Source of the DNA: Turneriella sp.
Lineage (GTDB): Bacteria; Spirochaetota; Leptospiria; Turneriellales; Turneriellaceae
Direction of reading: 5' to 3'
Assembly: GCA_965279515.1 (NCBI GenBank)
Contig: CBDIID010000003.1
Location: 1,216,001-1,280,000, forward strand
Length of the DNA: 64,000 nt
Numbering within the stretch: position 1 is the stretch's first letter; each line of letters begins with the position of its first letter. The notes beneath the pieces were generated by a model. The model had not been told where the DNA came from and did no database searches. It saw nothing but the letters and a program-made list of their open reading frames with translations. The position numbers and the translations under genes were made by a program. Below, piece after piece: positions 9,387 to 19,545 of the stretch.

Positions 9387-10421
9387 ATGAGGAAACTTAC
9401 CTCGAAGCCGGGGGAAATCCACCAGGTTTCTGACCTCATCTACCGCATCACCCTGCCCCAGCCGTTCTACGCGCCCAACCAGGTATACCTGGTCCGCGAT
9501 GAAAAGATCACGCTGATCGATGCGGGCTATGTCGAGTCGCTGGGTTCGCTTGCTTTGGCGCTCAGATCGATGGGGCTCAGGATGAACGACGTCGACACCA
9601 TCGTTTATACCCACCCGCACATCGACCATATCACGGCGGGGCTGCTCTGGTCGCAGTATGCGAAAAGAACCGAACGCTGGGGGCATTACCGTATGGCGGC
9701 GGATATCCCCGATTACCCCGACTTCATCGACATCTGGCAGGCTGACACCGCGCGCATACTGACGCTGGCCTTCAAAGACAAGCAGGCACGTAATACCCGC
9801 ATCCGCCGCGCCAACGACCGTTGGGCAAGATTTGTGAAAAGGTTCGCCGAGACCGATAATAAAGTAGGCGACCGCGCGGTAAAACTCGACCGTTTACTGA
9901 AAGAAGGCGACGAGTTTTCGACCGGAAAGCTGAAATTCCGAATTATGGAAACCCCCGGTCACAATACCTGGCATATTACACCCGTTGAAATGACGCAGGG
10001 TTTTGCTTTCACCGGCGATCTGCTGATCGGCAACATACCTGCGATCTACGACAAGCTCGACGGCAACCTCGAGCTGTTCCAGAAAAGCCTGGGCAATCTT
10101 CTCGAACTGCGCAAAGCGGCGCCACACACACGTTTTATGCCTGCGCATGGCGACGAGATTCAAAATCCCGAACGTGCGATTAAAATCGTTCTCAAAACGA
10201 TCGGCATTCTCGAGAACGGCTTATTGAAAAAGCTCGTCGAAGGTCGCAAAGACCTGGTAGATCTCATGGAATCGGCATTCGGCGCACACATCGAAGGCGG
10301 CAGCCATTTCATCACCGCGCTCGAACTGCTCGAAGCCCTGCTGCGTAAACTCATGCGCGAGGGCCGCGTGGGATCTCAGGTGTACGAAGACGGTTATGAA
10401 GAATTTTATATGAAACACTGA
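9387..10421 (+). CDS. MBL-fold metallo-hydrolase with C-terminal winged-helix-like extension
   Basis: LIDAG, THPHIDH, TPGHN, FTGD, PAHG motifs. Confidence 0.85.
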   Translation: MRKLTSKPGEIHQVSDLIYRITLPQPFYAPNQVYLVRDEKITLIDAGYVESLGSLALALRSMGLRMNDVDTIVYTHPHIDHITAGLLWSQYAKRTERWGHYRMAADIPDYPDFIDIWQADTARILTLAFKDKQARNTRIRRANDRWARFVKRFAETDNKVGDRAVKLDRLLKEGDEFSTGKLKFRIMETPGHNTWHITPVEMTQGFAFTGDLLIGNIPAIYDKLDGNLELFQKSLGNLLELRKAAPHTRFMPAHGDEIQNPERAIKIVLKTIGILENGLLKKLVEGRKDLVDLMESAFGAHIEGGSHFITALELLEALLRKLMREGRVGSQVYEDGYEEFYMKH

Positions 10422-10422
10422 T

Positions 10423-11604
10423 ATGTCTGCTGAACCAACGCAACCGATCAAAGGCTTTATCGACATACCGGCGAGTATCGTACTTTCCGGTGAAGGGCTG
10501 CAGATTCTTTCGCGCTCCAAAACGGCAATCAAGCGCGTGCCGGCGCGCGGCGGCGTTCCCAAAGAAGGTCTGCTCTCGCAGGCATTCAATGCAACCACCG
10601 TGCAGAAGATGATCATGAATTCATATATAGAGGAAATCTACTACGCCTCGCCGGAGTTTCTCACGAAGCGGCAGCAGATTATTTCGACGACCAATCTCAT
10701 CGTCTATGCGATGCTCTATAAAATGCTGTCACCGACGCTGGCAAGACACGTCATCGAATCGCCCGTCTTGCGCGAGCATAACCGCCGTAACCCCAAGGCG
10801 GCGATTCTCGATTTCAGGCATGTGCCGCAAAAAGCCATGGATGATTTCCTGGCAAAAAACCAAGCCGTACTGGCGCGCATCGAACATGAGATGATCGATG
10901 CAGTATTGAACCGCATTACCTCGGACACAAAACTTCCCGAAGAAGATAAAATCGTACGCATGCGCAGCCTCGAAAAATTTGTGCGCTGGGTCGATAAACG
11001 AATCTGGTATCTCTACCTGATCATCTACCAGACGCCGTTAAAAACCGAGATCGAGAAAGCCTACGTCGACCTGTTCTTCCAATATCTCGACAATACGCAG
11101 ATCGCCACGCATACAGGCAACCTCGTGATGGAATTCATCCAGAACGCTGAAAAGGCCCACCTCGAGCGCGTGATCGTACGCAACCATCTTGCCCCGCGCG
11201 AAAAGGTCGATGAGTACCTGCGCAGCAAAGCACACCGCGAACAGGCAATCGGCCTGGCGGCGCGCAGCAACCAGCAGCTCGAAATCACCTGGCACCTGCA
11301 TACCGATCGCGTCAGTGCAGGCAAGGCCTATAACGTTAAAATTATCCTGTCAAACTTTGGTCTCATCAATGAAGCGACACGCATGGGACTCGCGCAGAAA
11401 ATGAAAACCGACACTGCGGGCATTTCACTCTCTGATTTTTATGAACAGCCGAGCGAAGACGGCAAACTCGGTGCGGGTCTGGGCCTGCTCTATAATTCTT
11501 ATCTTGAAGATGTCTGCCGCGAAAAGGGCATCCGGTATTTCTGTACGATTTTCCCCGAGCCGAAACTCGAGAAAACGACCGTCACGCTGGATTTGACTTT
11601 TTAG
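10423..11604 (+). CDS. Hypothetical protein with C-terminal GHKL/HATPase-like motifs
   Basis: 393-aa ORF directly after the MBL gene; VMEFIQNAEKAH (N-box-like) and GAGLGL (G2-box-like). Confidence 0.65.
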   Translation: MSAEPTQPIKGFIDIPASIVLSGEGLQILSRSKTAIKRVPARGGVPKEGLLSQAFNATTVQKMIMNSYIEEIYYASPEFLTKRQQIISTTNLIVYAMLYKMLSPTLARHVIESPVLREHNRRNPKAAILDFRHVPQKAMDDFLAKNQAVLARIEHEMIDAVLNRITSDTKLPEEDKIVRMRSLEKFVRWVDKRIWYLYLIIYQTPLKTEIEKAYVDLFFQYLDNTQIATHTGNLVMEFIQNAEKAHLERVIVRNHLAPREKVDEYLRSKAHREQAIGLAARSNQQLEITWHLHTDRVSAGKAYNVKIILSNFGLINEATRMGLAQKMKTDTAGISLSDFYEQPSEDGKLGAGLGLLYNSYLEDVCREKGIRYFCTIFPEPKLEKTTVTLDLTF

Positions 11605-12109
11605 CCGGCGCGCTTCTTTTGATTTTGATTTTTTCCGCAAGCTTCGGCGTCTTTTTCGCCTCGGGCGGCGACCCTATGGGATTCTGCATCCGGCGTACAT
11701 CGTCGAGCAGGCCGTTAATAAACCCGGTCGTCTCCTGCGAATCATACTGCTTGCCCATAAGTATCGCTTCGTCGATCACCACCGCCGCATCGGCTTCTTC
11801 TTTTAGATAGAGCAGCTGCGCGACGCCGCTGCGTAAAATCGCGCGGCTGACCGGTGAGATGCGGTTAAATTCCCAGTTCACGAGCCGCTCGGTAATCAGC
11901 GCGTCAATAGCCGGCAGGTTTTCAATAGTCGCGGCGATGATACGCCGGGCAAAATCCTGCTCTTCTTCGGGCACTGGGTAATCTACCCATTTGAAGGCCG
12001 AAAGCTCCGCCGCGTCGGCTGTGCCCGGTGGCAATGAGTCGACCTGAAAGATCGCCTGCATCGCCAGAATACGGGCTTTGTGGCGGCGTTGGCGCAGCGA
12101 CTTTGCCAT
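11582..12109 (-). CDS. nusB: Transcription antitermination factor NusB
   Basis: RRHKARILAMQAIFQ, NWEFNRIS, VVIDEAI, FINGLLD; follows ribH. Confidence 0.95.
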   Translation of the reverse strand: MAKSLRQRRHKARILAMQAIFQVDSLPPGTADAAELSAFKWVDYPVPEEEQDFARRIIAATIENLPAIDALITERLVNWEFNRISPVSRAILRSGVAQLLYLKEEADAAVVIDEAILMGKQYDSQETTGFINGLLDDVRRMQNPIGSPPEAKKTPKLAEKIKIKRSAPAKKSNPA

Positions 12110-12110
12110 G

Positions 12111-12584
12111 TTACAGACCCGCCAGGTTATTCATAAGTTCAACGAGGGAACGCGCGGCTTCGGCGCCCTTATTGGTGGCATCGTTACGCGCGCGCGCCTC
12201 GGCCTGCCCAACATTCTCTACGGTGAGCACCGCGTTCATGACGGGTTTGCCGAAAGAAAGCGACACCTGCATCAGGCCGCGCGCGCTCTCATTCGCGACA
12301 ATGTCATAGTGACCGGTATCACCGCGTATCACGCAGCCGCATGCCACAACCGCGTCGGCTTTTTTTGCGCTGAATATTTTATGCGCCGCCAGGGGGAGCT
12401 CCCATGCCCCGGGCACCTCTAACCGCAAAATACGGGACTCTTCAACGCCCAGCTTTTTCAGTTCGGATAACGCGGCATCGCCCAGCGCACGGGTAATGTT
12501 TTCGTTAAAGAGCGCCGTGATGACGGCTATGCGCGTGGATTTTTTTTTCAGCGGGGTCGAATACGTACGATCTGATATCTGCAT
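12111..12584 (-). CDS. ribH: 6,7-dimethyl-8-ribityllumazine synthase
   Basis: VPGAWELP, GCVIRGDTGHYD, NKGAEAA. Confidence 0.96.
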   Translation of the reverse strand: MQISDRTYSTPLKKKSTRIAVITALFNENITRALGDAALSELKKLGVEESRILRLEVPGAWELPLAAHKIFSAKKADAVVACGCVIRGDTGHYDIVANESARGLMQVSLSFGKPVMNAVLTVENVGQAEARARNDATNKGAEAARSLVELMNNLAGL

Positions 12585-12633
12585 GTCTTACCACCGCTTT
12601 CAAACACGGGGCCAGCCTTAGCTTACCCCTTTT

Positions 12634-12706
<73 letters not shown>

Positions 12707-12715
12707 GGAAAGTCT

Positions 12716-12744
12716 TTAAGGGGGTGGTTGCACCACCCCCTTAA
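12716..12744. repeat. Perfect 13-bp inverted repeat (REP-like or terminator-like hairpin)
   Basis: TTAAGGGGGTGGT-TGC-ACCACCCCCTTAA between the P450 stop and the tRNA 5' end. Confidence 0.75.
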
Positions 12745-12776
12745 CAACCCCCGCTTCATAGATTTTAGACATCGCG

Positions 12777-14144
12777 TCAATTGCGATCTGAAATGCGCAA
12801 GCGAAGTCCACCCTTGGGTCTTAATGTCACAAGCGGCTCCGTCAAGACCTTCTCACCAATATCGTGGAATTCAAAACGGCGGAGTGCATTCGCGAGCACC
12901 ACCATCGACTCGAGCCATGCAAACTGTTCGCCGATGCAGTTACGCGGCCCTGAACTGAAGGGAAAATAGACGTACTTTGACGGCGAAAAATCCGGCGCCA
13001 GCCAGCGCTCCGGGATAAAATCGTCCGGGTTTTGCCAGTAACGCGGATCGCGGTGCATGACGTACTGGCTCATCCATACTTCGGCGTCTTGGGGAATCGT
13101 ATATGCGCCGAATTGGAAATCCCGCTTGAGGACGCGGCCGATCACCCACGCCGGCGGATAAAGCCGCATACTTTCGGCGACGACGGCGCGCGTGTATTTT
13201 AGATTCGGCATATCTTCGCTCGTCGCCGCACGATCACCCATCACGGTGCGAATCTCTTCGGCCATTTTTTGCTGCCTGTCCGGATGGCGCGCCAGCAGGT
13301 GCAGCGTCCACGTCATGGCATTTGCCGTGGTTTCGAACCCCGCGAGATAGATCGTCAGTGCCTCATCGCGCAGCTGCTTGCGCTCTTCTTTAGAGGAAGT
13401 ATCGCGCCCCGCAGCCCGTTTGCCTTCGATCAGCATGGAAAGGAAATCGCCGCGGTCAGTGCCCCCCGCAATATGTTCATCGATAATACCGTAAATAATC
13501 GCGTCGAGTTTTTCGATATTCCGGTTCACACGTTCTTTTAAACCCAGGGGGAGCTTCATAATCAGCTCCGCAAAATTGCGCAGCGCAATCACCGGCATGA
13601 TCTCGGCCATGATTTCTCCGATCACCAGTGAATTATCGCTGCCGTCAGAATCAAACAGCGTACGCGCGACGATGCGCTGCGCCAGGTGTGACATCTCTTT
13701 GTGTACGTCGCGCACCTCGCCCGCCCGCCAGGCGCTAAACTCTTCTTCAGCAAGGTCACTCATGATTTTGCCATAGCCAAGGATTCGGGTGCGTGAGAAC
13801 GCCGGCGAAGACATCTTACGCATCTGCTTGTGTTCGTCCGCCTCTGCGGTAAGCAGCCCCGTGCCTAAAAAGGTGCTTTTTAACATCTGCTCGCCATAAT
13901 CTTTCATCACCCACTGGTTTTCGGTCAGCAGCAGCCTCTCGATATATTCGGGTGAGCTGATGAGATAAAAGACCTGCGTCAGAAACTCGACACGCACCAC
14001 ATCGCCGTGATCGCGGGCCGAACGCCGCAAAAACTCCAGGCTGTCATTCTTCAGGGCAAAATAATTACCGATAAAAGGGAGCGATGGCGGTGCCGGGGGC
14101 TTGGGTCCCTTGATGGGAGAAAAGACCGATGTGGCTGGGAACAT
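12777..14144 (-). CDS. Cytochrome P450
   Basis: I-helix AGFETT, ExxR (ESMR), PERW, heme loop FSSGPRNCIG. Confidence 0.96.
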   Translation of the reverse strand: MFPATSVFSPIKGPKPPAPPSLPFIGNYFALKNDSLEFLRRSARDHGDVVRVEFLTQVFYLISSPEYIERLLLTENQWVMKDYGEQMLKSTFLGTGLLTAEADEHKQMRKMSSPAFSRTRILGYGKIMSDLAEEEFSAWRAGEVRDVHKEMSHLAQRIVARTLFDSDGSDNSLVIGEIMAEIMPVIALRNFAELIMKLPLGLKERVNRNIEKLDAIIYGIIDEHIAGGTDRGDFLSMLIEGKRAAGRDTSSKEERKQLRDEALTIYLAGFETTANAMTWTLHLLARHPDRQQKMAEEIRTVMGDRAATSEDMPNLKYTRAVVAESMRLYPPAWVIGRVLKRDFQFGAYTIPQDAEVWMSQYVMHRDPRYWQNPDDFIPERWLAPDFSPSKYVYFPFSSGPRNCIGEQFAWLESMVVLANALRRFEFHDIGEKVLTEPLVTLRPKGGLRLRISDRN

Positions 14145-14206
14145 AGCACCTGAAAAAACCAGCGCAATCTTCTTGACAAGCGGGAAAAAGCGCCCACCCC
14201 TGCACC

Positions 14207-14803
14207 ATGTTCCGCTCTCTGGTAGCGATCCTTCTTTTGCTGGGTTTCATGGGCAATGCCGACGCCGCGAGGCGCAAGAAACGTGCAGTGCGCAAAGCGA
14301 AAGCCAAGACCGAGAAAATAGCGGCGAAAACGCAGGCAGAAGAAGTAGAAAAGACTACCCCGCCAAAAACTGACGAGATAAAGCCGGCGACAGCAGGTAC
14401 GGAAATGGAAGTTTATCGTATTATACAGAAGCGCAATGAAAGCACCGTTCAGGATCTCGTCGATCTGACGCTGATGTACCGCGGTGAATTCTCCAAAATC
14501 AGCAGCGCAGAAAAACGCCTCGAACGCGCCCGTGAACTCAAGATCATCAAATCACAAAAAGGCAATGACACCCTCGAGCGCGGCACCCTGGCTTATGCGC
14601 TGATGAAAATCTACGCTCCCGAGAGCGGCATTCTCTTCTGGTTGACCGGCTGGGAACGCTATGCGATGCGCGACGTTCAGGAAGCTGGTATTATGCCCAC
14701 AAAAGCGACACCCGCGCAACATATCTCCGGAGAGCAACTCATGGGAACAATCACCGCCGCTGAAGAATACCGCGAAGGGCGTAAGAACTGGGGGAAAAAA
14801 TGA
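14207..14803 (+). CDS. Secreted hypothetical protein with SLH-like segments
   Basis: Signal peptide (ADA), Lys-rich linker, NDTLERGTLAYALMK and GIMP...HISGEQLM; overlaps the next gene. Confidence 0.65.
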   Translation: MFRSLVAILLLLGFMGNADAARRKKRAVRKAKAKTEKIAAKTQAEEVEKTTPPKTDEIKPATAGTEMEVYRIIQKRNESTVQDLVDLTLMYRGEFSKISSAEKRLERARELKIIKSQKGNDTLERGTLAYALMKIYAPESGILFWLTGWERYAMRDVQEAGIMPTKATPAQHISGEQLMGTITAAEEYREGRKNWGKK

Positions 14804-15567
14804 TGCGGCAGGTTATTCAGAGATGGATCGCGGCAATACTTTGCTGCGCCGCGGTCTGTTCCCTCGAAGCAAAGGTCGCAGCTAAATTTGAATCGCTTTC
14901 GGGAGCGGTACAATACCGCGAGAAAAAAGGCAAATGGCAGGACGCGAAGATCGGCCAGGCGCTGAATACGAACACAGAACTACAGACTGGTCCGACGGGT
15001 CGGGCAACGCTGATCTTTCCCAATGGTAACAAAGTAACGCTTGCCCCCGGAACGCTGGCGAGCCTCGACCAGTACGGAACCGGCGCTTATGGCAGTCAGA
15101 CGAATATGAGCCTGCGCCTCGGGCGGATGAACGCCGACATCGCCAAGGTCAATGACACCAACAAGCGCAACCATTTCCGCGTGCGCACTCCCACTGTTGT
15201 TGCGGGAACGCGCGGCACGGTGCAGGAAGTCGGGTACACGCCCGACAAAGGTTCCGATGTAAAACTTGTTGAATCGAGCGCAGAGGTTACGGACAAAAAC
15301 GGCCGCACATCGGTCGTGCCACAGGGTGGTCAGTCTACGGTAACCAACGGCGGTACCACAACGGCGGATAAACAAGAGCAGAAGAATAATACAACGACCA
15401 TGTCAGGCCAGGGAGCTTCGGCCAATGAGACAGAAGTTTCATTATCTGCGGGCGATGCCTTATTCTCATCCAGCGCTTCGGATTTCGACGCCATACAGAG
15501 TCTGTACGAGTTCTTTGAAGCCTACCAATTTGGTTTCGGGGATCCGGTGCAGTTCGACAAACTTTGA
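14800..15567 (+). CDS. Secreted FecR-domain protein
   Basis: Signal peptide; LQTGPTGRATL.F.NG, FRVRTPTVVAGTRGT. Confidence 0.85.
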   Translation: MMRQVIQRWIAAILCCAAVCSLEAKVAAKFESLSGAVQYREKKGKWQDAKIGQALNTNTELQTGPTGRATLIFPNGNKVTLAPGTLASLDQYGTGAYGSQTNMSLRLGRMNADIAKVNDTNKRNHFRVRTPTVVAGTRGTVQEVGYTPDKGSDVKLVESSAEVTDKNGRTSVVPQGGQSTVTNGGTTTADKQEQKNNTTTMSGQGASANETEVSLSAGDALFSSSASDFDAIQSLYEFFEAYQFGFGDPVQFDKL

Positions 15568-15586
15568 TCTTTAGCCGGGTATATTT

Positions 15587-17077
15587 ATGAAGCTTGTAAT
15601 TTTTTCCCTCGCCGCTTGTCTGTGGCTTGTTCCGGCGCTCGGCGCTCAGGAAAAGAAGGATGATGAACCCAAAGAGGCCGAAGAACGCCACGAAGAAAAG
15701 CTGGAAGCCGCCGAAGACGAGTTTGTACCGCTTTCTGAATTGAAGCCGCTGGAAACCGAGAAGGGTTTTTCCGAAAAGCATAGTTACCAGTATGGTTTGT
15801 CAGCGGCCAACACATTCATCGTCGACAACGTGGCTTTATCGAAAGGTTATTTCCTCGGTAACTACAGGCCTTATTTCAAATACCTGTTTCATGAGCAGCA
15901 CATCTTCACCGCCCGGGGAAAATTCACCTACAAAAACAACCCCAGCCTGACAGATGCTCAGAAAAAAACCGGCCTCTCAACCAGCGCCGCAGAATACAGC
16001 CTCGAACTCTTCAATGCAGAACTCAACTTTGACCGCCATCAGATTAATGCGGGGCGGGCTTTTTACAAGCTGGGCCGGGGCCTGCTGTTCGCTAACTTTG
16101 CCGATGGCGCCGAATATAACGGATCTTTCAAACATTTTATCGTAAAAGGACAGGCTCTTTACTCAGGGCAATATAGCGGTTGTACGATTTCTATCGGCGG
16201 TTGTGCCACCACGGGCGATATTGTGCAAAAGAGCCCTTACGATATCGTACCGGGCCGCCCTGCTGACGCAAATTTGCCGGATGCCGGAAAGCGTCTTTTT
16301 CTTTCCACAGAAATTCAATCACAGCAGCTCTATGGTTCGAGCGCCTACTTCGTGGCGATGTATTCGCGCGATATGAACAGGGATGCCTCTACCGGCGCGA
16401 CCAATAAGGGCAATTATTACTCGTTCGACCCGCTTTACCTGGGCCTCGGCCTCAGCGGTTTTATAGTGACACCGCGCTTACGCTATCTCTCTGAATTTAT
16501 CTATGAAACCGGCAGAACCTTTGATAAGACAAACCAGGCGGTGGGTATCTCGGCCTGGGGACTGACGGCCGACGTCAATTATTCCCTGCCCTGGCTGGAA
16601 AACCTGCTGAAACCCGGCCTCACCCTGCAGTATGCAACCGGTTCGGGTAGAGGGTCATCGGGCACTAACCCCAACAACCCCTCGCAAGAGAGCACCGGAA
16701 CAGATAACAACTTTTATTATTTCGGCGTCTATTCGGCGGGCCTCGCGCTGAAGCCCAAGCTCGCGAACCTGCATATCATCCGTCTGGGCGTGCAGTTCAA
16801 ACCGCTGCACGCCTACTATTGGGGGCGCAACCTGATGCTTGCACTTAAATACAGCTATTACCTGAAAGGCAATGCGGCCGCCAGCATTTCTGATAACGAT
16901 GCGAAACTCGCAAAATCTGTTGTCGGCCAGGGTATCGACGTGCAGCTCGTGTGGGATTTCCGCAGCGACGTAAAACTCTTCTATGCATACGGAGCATTTC
17001 TCCCCAGCGAGGCATACGATGCCGCGACGGCGAAGACATTGCAGACCCATATCATCAGCTTGAACTTTCTTTTTTGA
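15587..17077 (+). CDS. Outer-membrane beta-barrel protein (alginate-export-like)
   Basis: Signal peptide, aromatic-rich amphipathic strands, GRAFYKLGRGLLF...DG, C-terminal ISLNFLF. Confidence 0.75.
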   Translation: MKLVIFSLAACLWLVPALGAQEKKDDEPKEAEERHEEKLEAAEDEFVPLSELKPLETEKGFSEKHSYQYGLSAANTFIVDNVALSKGYFLGNYRPYFKYLFHEQHIFTARGKFTYKNNPSLTDAQKKTGLSTSAAEYSLELFNAELNFDRHQINAGRAFYKLGRGLLFANFADGAEYNGSFKHFIVKGQALYSGQYSGCTISIGGCATTGDIVQKSPYDIVPGRPADANLPDAGKRLFLSTEIQSQQLYGSSAYFVAMYSRDMNRDASTGATNKGNYYSFDPLYLGLGLSGFIVTPRLRYLSEFIYETGRTFDKTNQAVGISAWGLTADVNYSLPWLENLLKPGLTLQYATGSGRGSSGTNPNNPSQESTGTDNNFYYFGVYSAGLALKPKLANLHIIRLGVQFKPLHAYYWGRNLMLALKYSYYLKGNAAASISDNDAKLAKSVVGQGIDVQLVWDFRSDVKLFYAYGAFLPSEAYDAATAKTLQTHIISLNFLF

Positions 17078-17084
17078 GGAAAAT

Positions 17085-18674
17085 TTGGACACAGCGACAA
17101 AATACGATACCATCTTCATTGGCTCGGGTATCGGATCGATACTGTGCGCGGCGCTTTTGGCGCGGTATCGCAACGAAAAAATTCTCATCCTGGAAAAACA
17201 TTTTACTCCCGGCGGCTTCACGCATACCTTTAAGCGCAAAAACAAATTCTTCTGGGACGTCGGCATCCACTACATCGGCGACCTGCAGGAAGGCTCGATA
17301 TTAAAAAAGCTCTTCGACCTGCTCTCCGGCGGCACGCTTCAATGGCAGAAGATGCCGCCGCTGTTTGAAAAATTCGTCTATCCCGACATGACCTTCTCTG
17401 TCTACGACGACGTCGCGCGCTACCAGGCGGATCTTGTAAAACTGTTCCCCGCAGAAGCAGAAAACATCGGCAAATATTTTGAAGATATTAAGAAAGTCAA
17501 TACCTGGTTCGGGCGTCACGTTTCGATCAGGGGCCGCGCGCCCTATACCGATCACGTCGAGCAGGGTTTCGTCGACAAAGAAGGTTTTAACCCGCGGCTA
17601 TCGACCAAGGCATATCTCGACTTCCGTTTTAAGGATGATAAACTCAAGGCGATTGTCGTCTCGCAATGGGGCAACTACGGACTGCCGCCGGCTCAGAGTT
17701 CGTTCATTATCCATGCAGCGGTGGTGCAGCATTATTTCGCCGGCGGTTATTATCCTCTGGGCGGCTCGCATAAGATTTTCGAATCGATCGAACATACCAT
17801 CGCTGAAAAGGGCGGCACCTACCTGACTTCGCACCAGGTCAATGAGATCATCATCGAAAATGGCAAGGCCGTCGGCGTGCGCGCACAGGCGCTGCGCGAA
17901 CCGGGGGCGCCGGTAAAGGAATTTTACGCAGATAAAATTATCTCGGATGCGGGGGCGTATAATACCTACCAAAAACTTCTCTCTGGTCAACAGGTCCCGT
18001 TCCGCGGCCAACTCGAAGAATTCTACAAGAAGCATCCCTGTGTGAGTAATGTCACGCTTTACCTCGGCCTGAAAGACGACCCGAGAAAAATCGGCTTTGG
18101 CGGCGAAAACCACTGGATCTATCCCGGCTACGACCACGACGCGAACTTCAACGGCGGCTATAACTGGGTAGAAAAGGGTGAAGTCGTCGGCGCCTACCTG
18201 TCGTTCCCTTCGCTGAAAAACGCCGAGACAAAGGCGCACACGGCAGAAATCATTGCCTTCACCGATTATGCTTTTTTTGAACGTTGGAAAGAGCAGCCGT
18301 GGAAAAAACGCGATGCAGAGTATAAGGAGATCAAGGAAAAGATAGCCGATGCCCTCATCGCTTTTGTAAACCGGCATTATCCTGGCTTTGCGGACCTTGT
18401 GGAATTCCGCGAACTTTCGACGCCGATCACGACCGAACACTTTTCTTCGCACCCGCGGGGCAGCATCTACGGCGTCGCCTGCACGCCCGAGCGTTTTGTC
18501 GCCGCCGAGGCGCCGTGGTGCAATCCCGTTTCGCCGTTTGAAAATCTTTACCTGACAGGCGCAGACGTCTCGTCCCCGGGAGTGGCCGGCGCCATGATGG
18601 GCGCGGTGGCAACCTTGTCGCAACTGAAGAACGGCTTCAAGCTACTCGATCTCATGCGGTTGCAGGTGAGCTGA
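17085..18674 (+). CDS. Phytoene desaturase / all-trans-retinol saturase family FAD oxidoreductase (TTG start)
   Basis: IFIGSGIG, LEKH..PGG, WDVGIHYIG, ELSTP.T..HF, NLYLTGAD...GV.GA; SD GAGG. Confidence 0.88.
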   Translation: MDTATKYDTIFIGSGIGSILCAALLARYRNEKILILEKHFTPGGFTHTFKRKNKFFWDVGIHYIGDLQEGSILKKLFDLLSGGTLQWQKMPPLFEKFVYPDMTFSVYDDVARYQADLVKLFPAEAENIGKYFEDIKKVNTWFGRHVSIRGRAPYTDHVEQGFVDKEGFNPRLSTKAYLDFRFKDDKLKAIVVSQWGNYGLPPAQSSFIIHAAVVQHYFAGGYYPLGGSHKIFESIEHTIAEKGGTYLTSHQVNEIIIENGKAVGVRAQALREPGAPVKEFYADKIISDAGAYNTYQKLLSGQQVPFRGQLEEFYKKHPCVSNVTLYLGLKDDPRKIGFGGENHWIYPGYDHDANFNGGYNWVEKGEVVGAYLSFPSLKNAETKAHTAEIIAFTDYAFFERWKEQPWKKRDAEYKEIKEKIADALIAFVNRHYPGFADLVEFRELSTPITTEHFSSHPRGSIYGVACTPERFVAAEAPWCNPVSPFENLYLTGADVSSPGVAGAMMGAVATLSQLKNGFKLLDLMRLQVS

Positions 18675-18753
18675 CACAAAACGTGAGGAAATCCCCCTGT
18701 TTGCTGCTGAAAACACTTGACGGAGCCGTCGCCGACAAAGCACGGGTGACATA

Positions 18754-19545
18754 ATGCCCATTGATCCCAAGAAGTACGAAGAGACCGATGAGCAAGTTCT
18801 GTGGGAAGACTATAAAAAGACCAAAGAACCCAAATTACGCGAATATTTCATCAAAAAATACGCCCCCCTGGTCAAATATGTGGCCGGAAAAGTGGCCGTC
18901 GGCATGCCGCACAACGTCGAATTTGACGATTTGGTGAGCTACGGCACATTTGGCCTTCTCGACGCCATTGAAAAATACGACCCCTCGAAAGAGGTAAAAT
19001 TTAAAACCTATGCCATGACCCGTGTGCGCGGCGGCATCTTTGACGAACTCAGGAATGTCGACTGGATTCCGCGTTCGATCAGGCAGAAGGCAAAGCAGGT
19101 TGAGAAAATTATTCTCGAACTGGAAAACCGCATGGGCCGCACCGCAGAAGACGAAGAGATTGCCCAGGAGCTCGATATCGATATCGAAGAGTTCCACGAA
19201 CTGATGTCGAAGATCTCGGGCACCTCGCTCATATCACTCAACGACGTCTGGCACGGCAACGACGAAAACGAAGAGATGGTTTTTGTCGACACACTCGAAT
19301 CCCCCGAAGCGCTCAATCCCGACACGATCGTTGAGCGCGAAGAAATTAAAAACATGATCGTGGAATGCATTAAAAAACTGCCAGACCGCGAAAAAAAGGT
19401 CGTTGTGCTCTATTATTATGAAGACCTGACGCTCAAAGAAATCGGCGAAGTGCTCGAAGTCACCGAATCACGCGTGTCGCAGCTGCACACCAAGGCGATC
19501 ATGCGCCTACGCGGCCGGCTCTCTCAGATGAAAAGTCTGATGTGA
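18754..19545 (+). CDS. fliA: RNA polymerase sigma-28 factor FliA/WhiG
   Basis: [52 protein letters not shown]. Confidence 0.95.
   Translation: MPIDPKKYEETDEQVLWEDYKKTKEPKLREYFIKKYAPLVKYVAGKVAVGMPHNVEFDDLVSYGTFGLLDAIEKYDPSKEVKFKTYAMTRVRGGIFDELRNVDWIPRSIRQKAKQVEKIILELENRMGRTAEDEEIAQELDIDIEEFHELMSKISGTSLISLNDVWHGNDENEEMVFVDTLESPEALNPDTIVEREEIKNMIVECIKKLPDREKKVVVLYYYEDLTLKEIGEVLEVTESRVSQLHTKAIMRLRGRLSQMKSLM

Noticed and set aside
17598..18623. 341-aa antisense ORF (likewise 24368-25066, 32437-33321, 38210-39013, 42664-43335, 56862-57617)
   Set aside because: Antisense shadows of well-supported genes with no recognisable domains or RBS.
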